Virus record (IMG/VR): IMGVR_UViG_3300021408_000008
Coordinates: 1-48,803 of that record
Origin: a virus
Taxonomy: Duplodnaviria > Caudoviricetes
Strand: one strand, 5' to 3'
DNA: 48,803 nt
The position numbers and the translations under genes are program-made. The notes under the pieces were generated by a model that saw nothing but the letters and a program-made list of their open reading frames with translations, searched no databases and was not told where the DNA came from. Of this stretch, positions 17,787 through 28,241 are shown in pieces (within the stretch, counting starts at the first letter, position 1; each line of letters starts with the position of its first letter).

Positions 17787-20700
17787 GACCCCCTGGGTTC
17801 GACCGCATTGACGAACAGCCGGGCGATGTTCTCAACCGACCCTTCGGTGAGGTTCTGACCGCCGTACGTGTTCACGATGTCGTCCACTTCGGAGAGGAAC
17901 TCGGTGCGCAGCGGCTCAGCAGCGAGGCTGGACATCCCCGAGCCGTAGCGGAACTCGCTCATCTCGTTGAACTCGTCGTATGCCTCGAAGAGTAGCTTCG
18001 CTCCCTGCCCACCGCGGGTTTCTGCGAGGTCGTCGAACTGCACGACCGCCCGGCGCACCATGTCGAGGCGGGTGCGGGAATCGATGCCGGTGAACTGGGG
18101 GATGACGCCGCCGTAGCGCGACTTCAACAGCTCCTCGGCTTCCTCCATCTGGTTGACGTCCCAGGATTCGCGGGCGGCGCGACCTTCCAGCTGCGTCTTC
18201 TCCGCGTTGAACATGAACTGGACGACCTTGTCGGTGCGTTCCTCTATGCTCAGGCGCTCCCGGTCACCGGACTCCTGCTGGAACGCGTACGCCTCCAGGC
18301 TCATGTCGCCGGGGAAGAAGTAACCCAGCACCTCCCCGTAGCCTTCAGCTTCAGGGTGCTTCTTGAAGAACTCCCAACCGGGACCGGAGATCGGCGGGTC
18401 GCCTTCGCTGGAACCGACGATCGCGCTGAGCGCCTGCATCCCGTAGGAGTCGATGAACGCCTTCGTGGCCGCTTCGAAGTCACCACCGGACTCGTTCACC
18501 AGGTGCTGCCAGTGGGCGCTGAGGTAGGAGGAGCCGATGAGGCGTCCGTCCTGGTCGGCAGCGTAAATCTCCTGAGTGGGCGCAGCGGGGAGAATGGCGG
18601 CACCGAGGGCGCGGATGAAGGTGAGGATCTTCGCACCCGTTTGGGAGTCGTCGATCAGCTGCTGCTGCACCGACGGGTCGGACTGCAACCCCGGGTACTC
18701 CTTCGTGGACACCAGGTACGCCAGCACCCCCTTGTAGGAGTAGGCGCGCTGGTCCTCGTTGTAGAGCGCACCGGTGAGGCGCCGCATCCAGGAGGGGAAG
18801 AAGGTGGACTCGAAGACACCACTGGCCGGGTCCGGTTCCCCATACGGGAACGCGTAGGAGCGCAGCCAGTCGGGGAACGCGCCGAACCAGTCGTCGGGCA
18901 TCAGCTGACCCAGCGGGATCGACACCAGCGGCCCCACCCCCGGCAGGTAGTCCACGTCACCCTGGAACGCCAGGTTCAAGTTCTGCACGGGGGCGGTCAG
19001 CGACATCGACTCCGCCACGTTGAACCCGGCCGCGGGGGACAGGGCAGCACCGAGGACAGAGCCGATCAGCGGGAAGGTGAACTTGGCCTCACCGGACAGC
19101 GGGTCGGTGTAGATGAACCCTTGGGTGGGGTCAGCGGTTTGGCGTTCAGTGAACGGGTCGATCCAGTCGAAGTCGTCGTAGATGACCGAGGACCCGGGCT
19201 CGGTGAGAGCTTCACCGAGGCGACCGAAGCGCTCCAGCATGTAGGGGCGGGCAGCCATCAGGCGCCCCCAGTGCCACAGCGTGTCAGCGAACGGCTGCGC
19301 GAACGGCATCACCAGGCGCAGGCTGTGGAACAGCTGCTTGCGCTGGCGGGCGTCGTAGAAGAGGTTCTTCACGTGGTCCGACGCCTGCCGGGCAGCGACC
19401 CGCTCAACGTCATCCAGGTTGAGGTAGCCGGGCTCCATCTTCATCGCAGCGTTCGCCTTCATCATCGTTTCTGAAGGCATGAAGCGCCGACCCTCAGCGC
19501 CCTTCACGAAGTCGAAGATCTGCTGGCGAGAAGCGGCATCGAGGGCAGGCATCAGCTGCACCGCGGCGTCGTTGTAGGCGTAGGCGAACTCGGGACCCAT
19601 GGCCCACGCGTTCTCCTTGCGCCCGTTCCAGTCGAAGAACCAGTCCAACACCCGGTTCACGCCCGCCCCGATGCCTTGGCTGCCCTCACGGGGGATCACG
19701 GTGCGCATGTTGAGGATGGTGTCGCTGGGGATCTCATCCAGGTAGGGGCGGATCGCCGACTCCAAGTCGACGACCCGCTGGCCACCCTCACCAGCAGCTC
19801 GGAACACTTGCAGGCCGTCCCGGCTCAACACCCCGGAGCGGATGAACTCCACCAGGTCGGCGTTGCCGCCGATGGTGTACTCCTGCACGCGCTCACGAAT
19901 GGAGCCCTTGCCACGGAAGAGGAAGTTGCGAAGCGCGACCGGGTCGGACCAGATCTCCGCCAGCTCCGTCCCCGTCTCCTGGTATTCGGTGCGCAGCGAC
20001 TTCGCGCCCGGGGCGTTCAGCAGCCAATCGACGACCACGTCGTCGCGGTTCAGGCCCCGCTGGAGCAGCGGCTGGATCTCCGGGGGGTCCCAACCGGCAA
20101 CAATGCGCGCCAGCCGGGAGGCACGCAGGTCCAGCAGCTTCTCCGACCAACCTCTGGCGAACCCGGGCTGGTCCACCCCCACCGGGATGAGGTCGTGGGA
20201 CTGTTCCACCGCCCGCACCGAGCGGGGGTCGTGGTAGGAGCCGGAGCGGCTCATCAGCTCCACGAATTCGCCCACCGAGTTCTCGGTGAGTTCCCCAGCA
20301 TCCGGCGGGGGCACATCGAGCACCTTGCCGGTGGCGGTCTGGTTGTAGGCGGCGAACCGGGCGAAGAGGCCCCTGGAGGTGTTGTTCTTCTTGTTCATCG
20401 CCGACGCCATCGCCAACGCACCCAGCGGGTGGTTGTAAACCGCAGAGTGCCCGGACATGAACATGCGGAACTGCATCTCACCGATGTTGCGCAGAGTGTA
20501 GGCGAAGCGGAACAGGACCGCGGAACGCCAGAAGTCCATCCCCGAGTCCATTAGGTCAAGGGACTTGCCCAGCCACGGGTGCTGCTGCACAGCCTTCCCC
20601 CAGCGACCGATGGCGCGGGTGATGTCGGCCGTGTCGGGGAGGATGAGGCCGCCCCGCACCAGCTCCGCTTCCAGCTGGGGCCCCACGAACGGGATGACGG

Positions 20701-23692
20701 AACCGTCCATGGTCATGAAGCCCATGTTGGCGTCGTTGCCGTACTTCTTCAGCCACCAGTTCATCACGTGCGCGCGCCCGCCCTCGTGCGTGCGGGTGGC
20801 GTGCCCGATGCGGTCCGCGAGCAGCGCAGAGGTGTCAGGGCTGAAATTCCAGCGGTCCGCGTTCACTGCCACCAGTTCGTCGCGCAGCTTGTTGAACCCG
20901 CGCTGAATGGCCCGGCCTCGACCGACCTCAGTGGTCTGGGAGAGGAAGTCCCCCACCAGCTCGTCCTTGAAGCCGGTGTCCAAGTGGGGAACGTTGTTGA
21001 GGTAGTTACGGAACGACTCGGACCCGCCTTGGGGGTCGGAGAAGTTGATGTGGGCGCCGAAGCGGGGGGTGATGGAACCCATCCGCTCCAGCCAGTCGAT
21101 GGCGCGGGTGAAAATGCGGTCGGTGCGCCCACCGGCGATCTGGTTGAGCCGCATCGGCAGCGCGTTGATGACACCGGAGGTGATGGGGCGACTGATACCC
21201 ACCCCAACGGCCGGACCGATGACTTCCAGTACTTCGTCTTCGGTCTTCGCCTGAAGGACACCGCGCAGGATGCTGGGGTCGATCTTGCCGGAGGTGAGCC
21301 GCTGAAGCCGCCCCAAGTTGGCGGGAGTGTCGGTGAGCTTCACCATGGCGTCGAAGACGGCGGTGCGGCTCTTGGTGGCGAACGGTTCCACCAGGCGGCG
21401 GACCCCACGGATGGCCTCCGACGCACCGAGGGTCATCAGGGCGGTGTTGGCGCGGTTCACCGGCTCCAGCCCTTGCGCCAGCGACAACCGGTCCGAGCGT
21501 GCCTGCACGGCCGCATCGAACTCGCGGGTGGGACCGACCAGCCACTGCTTCAGCGCCTCATGGGAGGTGAGCGGCTTCCCACCGAGTTGGCGGCGAACAC
21601 CCATCGAGTAGGCGATGGCGTCGGTGACAGCGACCTGGGAGTCGGCGATGGAGGTGCGCAGGTCGCTGGCCCTCACGAAGGTATCGGAAAGGTTATCAAC
21701 GAGGATCTGCTCGGCGTTTCGCCTGGCCAGGAGCGTCTTCTCTCGGGCGCTCTCGTTACGAATCTGTGACCTGATGGATCGGAGTCGCTCTTGGGCCGAC
21801 CCGACGGTCCCGTCGTACACGCGCCAGGCACCCGTTTCGCCCCACCGCACCCCACGGGCCGCCTCACTGGTCCACCACACTCCGCCTTCACCCCCGGTGA
21901 GGCGGAACATGTCGGTGACACCATCGACGTCACTTCGCCGCAGCGCGGTCAGCAGCTCCGTCTGGCGCCCCGCCTGGATGTAGTTGTCGATCATGTCGCC
22001 GTAGGTGGCGTTGGGGCGGGTGACGAACTCCTCCAACCGGCCCTTCGCCGCAGAGCCGAGGACGTCACTCTCGCCCTTGCGCGCTCGCACCGGAATCAGG
22101 CTGGGGTCGACAGCATCGTCGACACTGACGAGGCGGGGGGCCTGGTCGGAGTTCCACATGACGATCGCGTCGGCGCCACCATCAGAGCCGGGCAGCGCGG
22201 TGCCAGCCTTACGGTTCCCCTTCAGTGGCACGAAGACGGAGTCGGTGAACAGGCCCGGCAGTTCCGGGGAGTCCGCGGACACCTTCGCCATCATCGCGTC
22301 CAGCCCGTCGTCACCGAGCTGCATCGTCAGCAGGTCCACAGCCTCCTGGGCTTCGCCTTGGAAGGAGGCAGCCTCCTCGGCACCTTCAACCCCACGCGCG
22401 CGGGGACGCTCACTGGCGGCCTGTCGGCGGGCCGAAGCGAGGTCCAGCTGGGCGTCCTTCAAGGTGTCGTTCAGCTGGTCGACGTGGGTGCGAAGCGACC
22501 CCAGCTCCTGGTTGCCGTAGGTGCTGGCACCGCGACGCTGAGCTTGGGTGTACATGTTCGCGGAGTCACGAACGATGCCGGTGGCGGTGTCCATGGTGGC
22601 CCGGTTGATCAGCGACGCACGCTGCAACGCCTCACTGGTGCCTTCGCTGATGGTGATGGCTTCGCGGGTGATCGCGGACTCGCCCACCTCGCGGCCCAGG
22701 CGGACCGCTTCAGCGAAGGACTGGCCAGCCCTGATCGACTGACCGGCAGCTGCCCCCACACCGATGAAAATGGTGGGGTCCATCACGATGGCCGCGGTCA
22801 AGTCGATGACACCGGACAGGTTGCGGTAGGCGAGGCTGTTGGGGTCGTCGTAGAACATGGACCCGACCCCGCGCCCCAGCGTCCAATGGTCGTTGAACAC
22901 GAGGGGGGCGGCGTTGCGCATGGCGGCGATGGAGCGGGCTTCGACGTCACCGCGGGGAATCCAACCGCTACCGAGGTCCGCGGACTCACCACCGTAGAGA
23001 CCGGACAGGTACTGCCCACCAGTGGTCTGCTCGATGGGTGTGGGCTGGGTGTTGTTGAACGGGTTACCGAAGATCTGGCCCATCAGCCCGGAGTGTTCCT
23101 GGTCGTAGGCCTGCTGCTGCTCAGGGTCGGTCAGCATGCCCACGGTGTTGCGGATGGCTCCCTGGATGGCTTCAACGGGGATGGACGCGAGCGCGAACAC
23201 GGGCCGCACGATGCCCTTGGCGAGGTTCGACAGGAACCCGCCCTTCTCGCCCTCGGAGCCCTTGTCCGGGTTGCGCCCACCAGTGGTGGCGGCGTCAGCG
23301 GAACGGGCCTCAGCGTCGAGGGTGAGGATTTCCTCCAACTGGGCGGAGGAGAACTGCGCGGACTGGGCGAACTGGGCGAGCCCGGCCGCCACCCCCGGGG
23401 ACACGGTGGGGGAACCGGACATGACCTGGATCATCTGATCGATCATCCCGGGCGCGATCATGGAGCCCTGGGCGGCGATCTGGAGCCTGTTGAACTGGGA
23501 CTCGGTCAGTTCATCCGCACCAGGCCCGGGCAGGGCGATGCTGCGGGCGACGGCAGCGTTCTTGGGGTCCGCGTAGTAGTCGGGGTCCCAGAACATGCGG
23601 GGAAGCTGCTTCTTACGCAGCTCCTCGTAGGCGGCACGGCGCTCAGCAGGGGAGGGGTCTTCGACCCGGTGGGTGATCGTGGTTTCGCTCAT
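17783..23692 (-). CDS. Giant (1969 aa) probable internal virion / DNA ejection protein
   Basis: Longest ORF, Ala/Gly/Arg-rich, in the structural operon after the portal. No catalytic motif recognised. Confidence 0.65.
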   Translation of the reverse strand: MSETTITHRVEDPSPAERRAAYEELRKKQLPRMFWDPDYYADPKNAAVARSIALPGPGADELTESQFNRLQIAAQGSMIAPGMIDQMIQVMSGSPTVSPGVAAGLAQFAQSAQFSSAQLEEILTLDAEARSADAATTGGRNPDKGSEGEKGGFLSNLAKGIVRPVFALASIPVEAIQGAIRNTVGMLTDPEQQQAYDQEHSGLMGQIFGNPFNNTQPTPIEQTTGGQYLSGLYGGESADLGSGWIPRGDVEARSIAAMRNAAPLVFNDHWTLGRGVGSMFYDDPNSLAYRNLSGVIDLTAAIVMDPTIFIGVGAAAGQSIRAGQSFAEAVRLGREVGESAITREAITISEGTSEALQRASLINRATMDTATGIVRDSANMYTQAQRRGASTYGNQELGSLRTHVDQLNDTLKDAQLDLASARRQAASERPRARGVEGAEEAASFQGEAQEAVDLLTMQLGDDGLDAMMAKVSADSPELPGLFTDSVFVPLKGNRKAGTALPGSDGGADAIVMWNSDQAPRLVSVDDAVDPSLIPVRARKGESDVLGSAAKGRLEEFVTRPNATYGDMIDNYIQAGRQTELLTALRRSDVDGVTDMFRLTGGEGGVWWTSEAARGVRWGETGAWRVYDGTVGSAQERLRSIRSQIRNESAREKTLLARRNAEQILVDNLSDTFVRASDLRTSIADSQVAVTDAIAYSMGVRRQLGGKPLTSHEALKQWLVGPTREFDAAVQARSDRLSLAQGLEPVNRANTALMTLGASEAIRGVRRLVEPFATKSRTAVFDAMVKLTDTPANLGRLQRLTSGKIDPSILRGVLQAKTEDEVLEVIGPAVGVGISRPITSGVINALPMRLNQIAGGRTDRIFTRAIDWLERMGSITPRFGAHINFSDPQGGSESFRNYLNNVPHLDTGFKDELVGDFLSQTTEVGRGRAIQRGFNKLRDELVAVNADRWNFSPDTSALLADRIGHATRTHEGGRAHVMNWWLKKYGNDANMGFMTMDGSVIPFVGPQLEAELVRGGLILPDTADITRAIGRWGKAVQQHPWLGKSLDLMDSGMDFWRSAVLFRFAYTLRNIGEMQFRMFMSGHSAVYNHPLGALAMASAMNKKNNTSRGLFARFAAYNQTATGKVLDVPPPDAGELTENSVGEFVELMSRSGSYHDPRSVRAVEQSHDLIPVGVDQPGFARGWSEKLLDLRASRLARIVAGWDPPEIQPLLQRGLNRDDVVVDWLLNAPGAKSLRTEYQETGTELAEIWSDPVALRNFLFRGKGSIRERVQEYTIGGNADLVEFIRSGVLSRDGLQVFRAAGEGGQRVVDLESAIRPYLDEIPSDTILNMRTVIPREGSQGIGAGVNRVLDWFFDWNGRKENAWAMGPEFAYAYNDAAVQLMPALDAASRQQIFDFVKGAEGRRFMPSETMMKANAAMKMEPGYLNLDDVERVAARQASDHVKNLFYDARQRKQLFHSLRLVMPFAQPFADTLWHWGRLMAARPYMLERFGRLGEALTEPGSSVIYDDFDWIDPFTERQTADPTQGFIYTDPLSGEAKFTFPLIGSVLGAALSPAAGFNVAESMSLTAPVQNLNLAFQGDVDYLPGVGPLVSIPLGQLMPDDWFGAFPDWLRSYAFPYGEPDPASGVFESTFFPSWMRRLTGALYNEDQRAYSYKGVLAYLVSTKEYPGLQSDPSVQQQLIDDSQTGAKILTFIRALGAAILPAAPTQEIYAADQDGRLIGSSYLSAHWQHLVNESGGDFEAATKAFIDSYGMQALSAIVGSSEGDPPISGPGWEFFKKHPEAEGYGEVLGYFFPGDMSLEAYAFQQESGDRERLSIEERTDKVVQFMFNAEKTQLEGRAARESWDVNQMEEAEELLKSRYGGVIPQFTGIDSRTRLDMVRRAVVQFDDLAETRGGQGAKLLFEAYDEFNEMSEFRYGSGMSSLAAEPLRTEFLSEVDDIVNTYGGQNLTEGSVENIARLFVNAVEPRGS

Positions 23693-23695
23693 CCA

Positions 23696-24010
23696 TCACC
23701 GCCCCTGAATGTCGAGCATGTCGATGAGCCGCATGATGTCGTTGGACGGGTGCGCCACCAGCATCGCCTGGAGCAGCCTGCGGGTGGGGTCCGTTTCACC
23801 CATCGCACCGAGAGCTTCCGGCCCAGGCCCGGGGCCCATGGGAAGCCCAGCGGTGAGGGGCTCGTTGGGGCGCCCCGTCTGGTCGGACAGGTTGGGAACC
23901 TCATCCATCCCCACCATGGGGACTTGGGAGAGGGACTCATTCATGGCCGCTTCGGCCCCGTACTGGGGGGAGGGTCCAGCGTCGGGGGCGGGCTTGCGGG
24001 CACGCACCAT
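23696..24010 (-). CDS. Small Pro/Gly-rich virion protein
   Basis: TGRPNEPLTAGLPMGPGPGPEAL; directly after the portal gene. Confidence 0.6.
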   Translation of the reverse strand: MVRARKPAPDAGPSPQYGAEAAMNESLSQVPMVGMDEVPNLSDQTGRPNEPLTAGLPMGPGPGPEALGAMGETDPTRRLLQAMLVAHPSNDIMRLIDMLDIQGR

Positions 24011-25908
24011 CAGTAACCACCCCCCATCGCCTGGTTACCGGCGGAGCGGGTGTTGGTCTGGCGCAGGTCCTGGAACAGCCCCGCCAGGTTCGACAGCGAC
24101 TGCCCCGACTCGGGGACGGTGGGGATGCCCGCCACACCGCCGGTGGCTTCAGCGGACTCGGCCGCCATCATTTCCTCCATCCCGGTGGGGGCGGCGGCCT
24201 GCTCCTGCTGGGCTTGGGCGCGTTCGGCTTCCTCAGCCATCGCCTTGTCCATGGCGGCAGCCAGTTCCAGGCGGTCCGACTTGACCAGCTCAGCGATGCG
24301 GGCAACGACCCGCGGGGACAGGGTCCCTTCACTGGCGGCCTGCTGCACGCTGGCCAGCATCGCCATCTCCAGCGCTTCAGAGGTGATCCGGTCCTTCTCC
24401 AGTTCCGGGTCCTCGATGATGGGGTCCAGTTCGGCGGCGGACTGCTTGCTCATGATGCCCAGACCGATGCGCTGCCCCATCCCCACCACGAGCCCGTTGA
24501 GGTCCGCTCCCGCGAGCGGGTAGGAGACGACGTGGCGGCATTCGGAGTCGAAGAGGGCGTTGGGGGCGTACTCGCCGGACTTGGCCTTGCGTCCCGAATA
24601 CATGTAGAAGGACGTCTTGGTGTTTCCCCACCAGCCCTTCGCGATGTCAATGGCGAGATGGTTCTCGTACTCCATGGAGCAGGCCAGCTGCTCCTGGGCT
24701 TCCTTGATGGGGTGGTCGATGATCGCCGAAAGGATGGCATCACCGCGCCGTCCCGTCCTCACGTTCTGGGTGGATTCGCCGCCGAACTCGGCGGGGATAC
24801 CACCAGCGATACGGGTGCCGCGTTCCAGCCGGTCGATGGTGGGTTCGGTCTGGTACCCGGCGGGGGAGGTGAGGTTCTGCACGTCACCGCCCTGCACCAC
24901 GTTCACCATGCCGGTGCGCCCGTCGTAGGGGCCCTTCACGAACTTCGGGTTCTCGCCGGGGCGCCCAACGAGGTAGGTGTCGGGGAAGACGTCACGTTCG
25001 ACGGCAGCGATTTGCAGCGCCATCAGCTTCGCCTGCGCCCCATACATGCCGATCATCTGGTCGAACTCGCCGGTGAGGCGGTCCAGGGTGATGCGCTGCG
25101 GGATGACGCCGAGGGTGCGACCGGCCCGGTTGGGGGTCTGGTGCAGGAACTCCGCGACCCCACCCCAGGTGTTGTTGTCCCACTGCAACGTCTGATACCC
25201 GGGCTCCCACGTGGGGTCCACCCCGGCGTAGATGACGCTGACCTGCTCCGGGTCGGAGTACTCCAACAGCACCACTTGGCTGAAGTCATCGATCTCCTCA
25301 GCGGAGTGGTAGCGCGAAGCGACCTCGGGGTAGTGGCGGCGGAACCAGCCGTAGGTCTTGTTGTAGGCGGTGATCATGTCGCTAGGACACATCTCACCGC
25401 TGAGGTCCTCAGACGGATAGCAGCCCAACGGATTGCGGGCATCCCATTCGGGCATCCGCTTGTGCGGGTTCGGCTTGATGACGATGGGCGCGGAACCGTA
25501 AGCGACCAGGTAGCGGGCGCGCTGGCGCATGATCTGGTTCATCTTGTTCGAGTCCCACCAGGCCAGCACCGCGTCACGGCGCTCCAGCGCCTTCTTCTCG
25601 CTCGCCTGCACGCCCGGCTTCTCCGGCGGGAACCACACCTGCGGGGCGGTGGAGGCGATACGCATCGCCTTCTGGTCGATGCCCACCATGATGAGGTTCG
25701 CGACCGCGGGCTCGGTTTCCTCATCGAAAGGCAACACCAGGTCACCGTTGTAGACGTCACGGATGCGACGCATGCGACCGGTGATGCCGGTGGAGCGGTC
25801 CCTGCGGTAACGCCAGATGGCGACGATGTCGTCAGCGTCGCGCTGGTAGGTGGGCTTCAAGGTGGCGAGTTCATCGCCGACCCCGAACGCGGACAGGTAG
25901 TTCATCAT
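24010..25908 (-). CDS. Portal protein
   Basis: 632 aa directly after the terminase; PAVANLI, RQRARYLVAYG; Q/A/E-rich C-terminus. Confidence 0.75.
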   Translation of the reverse strand: MMNYLSAFGVGDELATLKPTYQRDADDIVAIWRYRRDRSTGITGRMRRIRDVYNGDLVLPFDEETEPAVANLIMVGIDQKAMRIASTAPQVWFPPEKPGVQASEKKALERRDAVLAWWDSNKMNQIMRQRARYLVAYGSAPIVIKPNPHKRMPEWDARNPLGCYPSEDLSGEMCPSDMITAYNKTYGWFRRHYPEVASRYHSAEEIDDFSQVVLLEYSDPEQVSVIYAGVDPTWEPGYQTLQWDNNTWGGVAEFLHQTPNRAGRTLGVIPQRITLDRLTGEFDQMIGMYGAQAKLMALQIAAVERDVFPDTYLVGRPGENPKFVKGPYDGRTGMVNVVQGGDVQNLTSPAGYQTEPTIDRLERGTRIAGGIPAEFGGESTQNVRTGRRGDAILSAIIDHPIKEAQEQLACSMEYENHLAIDIAKGWWGNTKTSFYMYSGRKAKSGEYAPNALFDSECRHVVSYPLAGADLNGLVVGMGQRIGLGIMSKQSAAELDPIIEDPELEKDRITSEALEMAMLASVQQAASEGTLSPRVVARIAELVKSDRLELAAAMDKAMAEEAERAQAQQEQAAAPTGMEEMMAAESAEATGGVAGIPTVPESGQSLSNLAGLFQDLRQTNTRSAGNQAMGGGY

Positions 25909-27770
25909 TGACCCCCGTACACCGAAGCCAACCCACGCCTGGAGTCCTTCATCCAGGAAGGGCGATCGAACCGCGGGGCAGGCGTGTCAGGAGAAGCGTA
26001 AGTCATTTGCACTGCTCGCAGCCCGAACCACGCGCTCATGACCAGGTCATCGGTCTTGCCTTCGGGCCACGTGGTCAGTTCGTGGCGCAGCTGGTTGGCG
26101 CTCACGCGTGCGCGCGCGTCACCGAAAGGAATACGCACCGCACCTTGGCGGTAGAAGTCCGCAGTCCCAGTGACCCCGTACTGCGGGTCGGCCTTGTTGA
26201 TGGTGGTGGAGTGGGGCAGGAAATCCACGGTGTAGATGTCGCTCCAGCGCTGAACGTGCGGCTGCGCCAACAGGAACCGTTGGGCGGCGTTGATTTCCAC
26301 AATGACGGCACTGAGGGGGTGACCTTCGCTGTCGGCGCGGTCGCGGATGTCTTCGAGCAGCCCGGAGAAGGCGCCGGTGTCCAAGTCGATGGAGAGGAAC
26401 TCTTCGGCACCCAGGTGTTGGCGGTGCACTTCCACGATCTCGTAGCGGTGCTGTTCGGGCACCATCACCCACCAGATGATCCCCCACCAGTTGACCGGGG
26501 AGGGGTCGACGGTGACGACGGACCAGCCGGTGTGCTTCTCAAACGAGGACTTGCCCCAGGAGCGGTCCATGTCCAGGCACCCGGGGCGCAGCACGCCGTG
26601 GGAGTCCTTCTTGTCCCCGGTGATCCAGGCGTCTTCGACGAGGATCGCCGACCCGGCGCCGTCGTTCTGCTGGTAGGAGATGTCGTAGAGGCGGGGTGTG
26701 TTGGCCGCCACCTGGGAGAGGAAGCGCCAGTTGAGCCGGTTGGGGTCGAGCAGGCACCCGGCGGGGTAGGGGGGCACCGTTTCGTGTTCCCCGGTGCAGC
26801 GGTCCTCCGAGTGCGCCTGATACAGGATCTGCGTGTATTTGCGGTTCCCATCGAGGTCCATGATGTTGATGGCCTCGTGATACAGGTCGTCGGGGGCGAT
26901 TCGCTGGCCCTGAAGGATGAGGAGACCACCGGGTTCGAGCCGGGTTTCGGCTTCGGTGATCCACCATTCCCACAGGTTCTGGCCCGCCTCCAAGCCGAGG
27001 GTGTTCTTCCGGTCGACGAGGTCGTCCCAGATGATGAAGTCGCATCGCACACCGAGGAAGCCGGAGTCTTGCCCCCACGCGGAGACGGTGGGTTCCTTGT
27101 CGTCGGTGGCTTGGCCGAACTGCCTCACGACGAGGGCGTCGGCGCGCCACAGGTCGGTTCTGCCTTCGGGGCGGAAGGCACCGTAGTCCCCGCCCAGCGT
27201 GGCGGCCCCGTCCCAGGCGGTCCCCTTCTCCTTCTCCTCCGCACCGGCGATGACGGGGTAGGCGCGCTCGAAGGTCTTCTTCAGCCGCCCCACGTACTGG
27301 CGGGCGAGCTTCTCCGTTCTGGATCCGATCTGCATGCGGATGGTGCGGTCACGCGCGATCAGCCAGGCGGGGATGTCGTGGGTGAAGAGGGTGGACTTAC
27401 CCGAACCGGGGGGGCAGTTGATGACGAGGTATTCGCGGTCGGGGGAGGACAGGTGGTTCAGCGCCACGTAGGCGGCGTTCTCCTGCCAGGGGAGACTGGC
27501 GCGGCCCATGTAGCGCATCCGGAAGTAGCCGAAGTCGTCGAGGGCCCGCTTCGCGTCAGTGGTGAGGTCGGGGGCCACTTCCATGCCGCCGACGAAGACG
27601 ACACCGAGGATCTCGGCGGCCTGAAGCCCAGTGGAGCCGGGATCGTTCTTCTCGAACTTCCAGGCGGTGTGGGAGTCGATCTTGGCGCCGCGGGCGGCTT
27701 TCTCAACGGAGTGGCCTTCGTCACGCAGCTGAAAGTAGCGCTCCCAGCGGGTCAGGTCGATCTGCCTCAC
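25905..27770 (-). CDS. terL: Terminase large subunit with N-terminal HTH extension
   Basis: Walker A INCPPGSGKST, Walker B FIIWDD, nuclease VTVDPS, IVEINAAQ and TDDLVMS. Confidence 0.88.
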   Translation of the reverse strand: MRQIDLTRWERYFQLRDEGHSVEKAARGAKIDSHTAWKFEKNDPGSTGLQAAEILGVVFVGGMEVAPDLTTDAKRALDDFGYFRMRYMGRASLPWQENAAYVALNHLSSPDREYLVINCPPGSGKSTLFTHDIPAWLIARDRTIRMQIGSRTEKLARQYVGRLKKTFERAYPVIAGAEEKEKGTAWDGAATLGGDYGAFRPEGRTDLWRADALVVRQFGQATDDKEPTVSAWGQDSGFLGVRCDFIIWDDLVDRKNTLGLEAGQNLWEWWITEAETRLEPGGLLILQGQRIAPDDLYHEAINIMDLDGNRKYTQILYQAHSEDRCTGEHETVPPYPAGCLLDPNRLNWRFLSQVAANTPRLYDISYQQNDGAGSAILVEDAWITGDKKDSHGVLRPGCLDMDRSWGKSSFEKHTGWSVVTVDPSPVNWWGIIWWVMVPEQHRYEIVEVHRQHLGAEEFLSIDLDTGAFSGLLEDIRDRADSEGHPLSAVIVEINAAQRFLLAQPHVQRWSDIYTVDFLPHSTTINKADPQYGVTGTADFYRQGAVRIPFGDARARVSANQLRHELTTWPEGKTDDLVMSAWFGLRAVQMTYASPDTPAPRFDRPSWMKDSRRGLASVYGGQ

Positions 27771-28000
27771 TCTTCGTCCTCCCACCCGAGCAGCGACTTC
27801 TGTTCGCAGCGCAGCAGCGCCATCCGCACCATCCCCAACTGGAGGGTGGGGCCGAGGCCGTCGGAGTGGTCGAGGTACGTGCGCGCGTGGTCTTCATCCA
27901 TGTGGTGCACCTGAAGGATGACAACGGCGCTGGTGATGATGGCGTCCTCGGGGATGTCGTCGAGGTCGATCCCGATCTGCTTCAGACGGTCGAGGCTCAT
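27767..28000 (-). CDS. Hypothetical protein
   Basis: Coupled to terL by a GTGA overlap. Confidence 0.6.
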   Translation of the reverse strand: MSLDRLKQIGIDLDDIPEDAIITSAVVILQVHHMDEDHARTYLDHSDGLGPTLQLGMVRMALLRCEQKSLLGWEDEE

Positions 28001-28015
28001 GGCCTCAGTGTGGCA

Positions 28016-28087
28016 CTAGGCCAACCACCAGATGAGGAAGGCGAGCAAGAACAGGAAGATGAGGACGTCAGTGAGCGTGACTCGCAT
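28016..28087 (-). CDS. 23-aa hydrophobic peptide
   Basis: MRVTLTDVLIFLFLLAFLIWWLA preceded by RBS AAGGAG. Confidence 0.5.
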   Translation of the reverse strand: MRVTLTDVLIFLFLLAFLIWWLA

Positions 28088-28226
28088 GGGTCTTCTCCTT
28101 ACGTTCCTGCGCGTACGCGGCGGCACAGTGGGGGTGCCAAAGGCGGCCATAGACCCTGACGGCGATGTCGCCACGGCCCATGACCACCTTGCACCTCTCA
28201 CAGATGGTGGTCCACCGGACGCGCAT
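28068..28226 (-). CDS. Small Zn-finger-like protein (52 aa, not in the ORF track)
   Basis: MRVRWTTICERC...LWHPHC; a TACATT -10-like hexamer 6 nt before the ATG suggests a leaderless mRNA. Confidence 0.55.
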   Translation of the reverse strand: MRVRWTTICERCKVVMGRGDIAVRVYGRLWHPHCAAAYAQERKEKTHASHAH

Positions 28227-28241
28227 GTAGCAAATGTAACA

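Noticed and set aside
17783-23692. Tape measure protein or virion RNA polymerase call for the 1969-aa ORF
   Set aside because: No tail tube or chaperone context and no polymerase catalytic motif recognised by eye; left as a probable internal virion protein.
6888-27914. Long + strand ORFs such as 6888-9146, 9014-10813, 21791-24016, 24214-25911 and 25908-27914
   Set aside because: They are antisense shadows of high-GC3 - strand genes, with no RBS or recognisable motifs.
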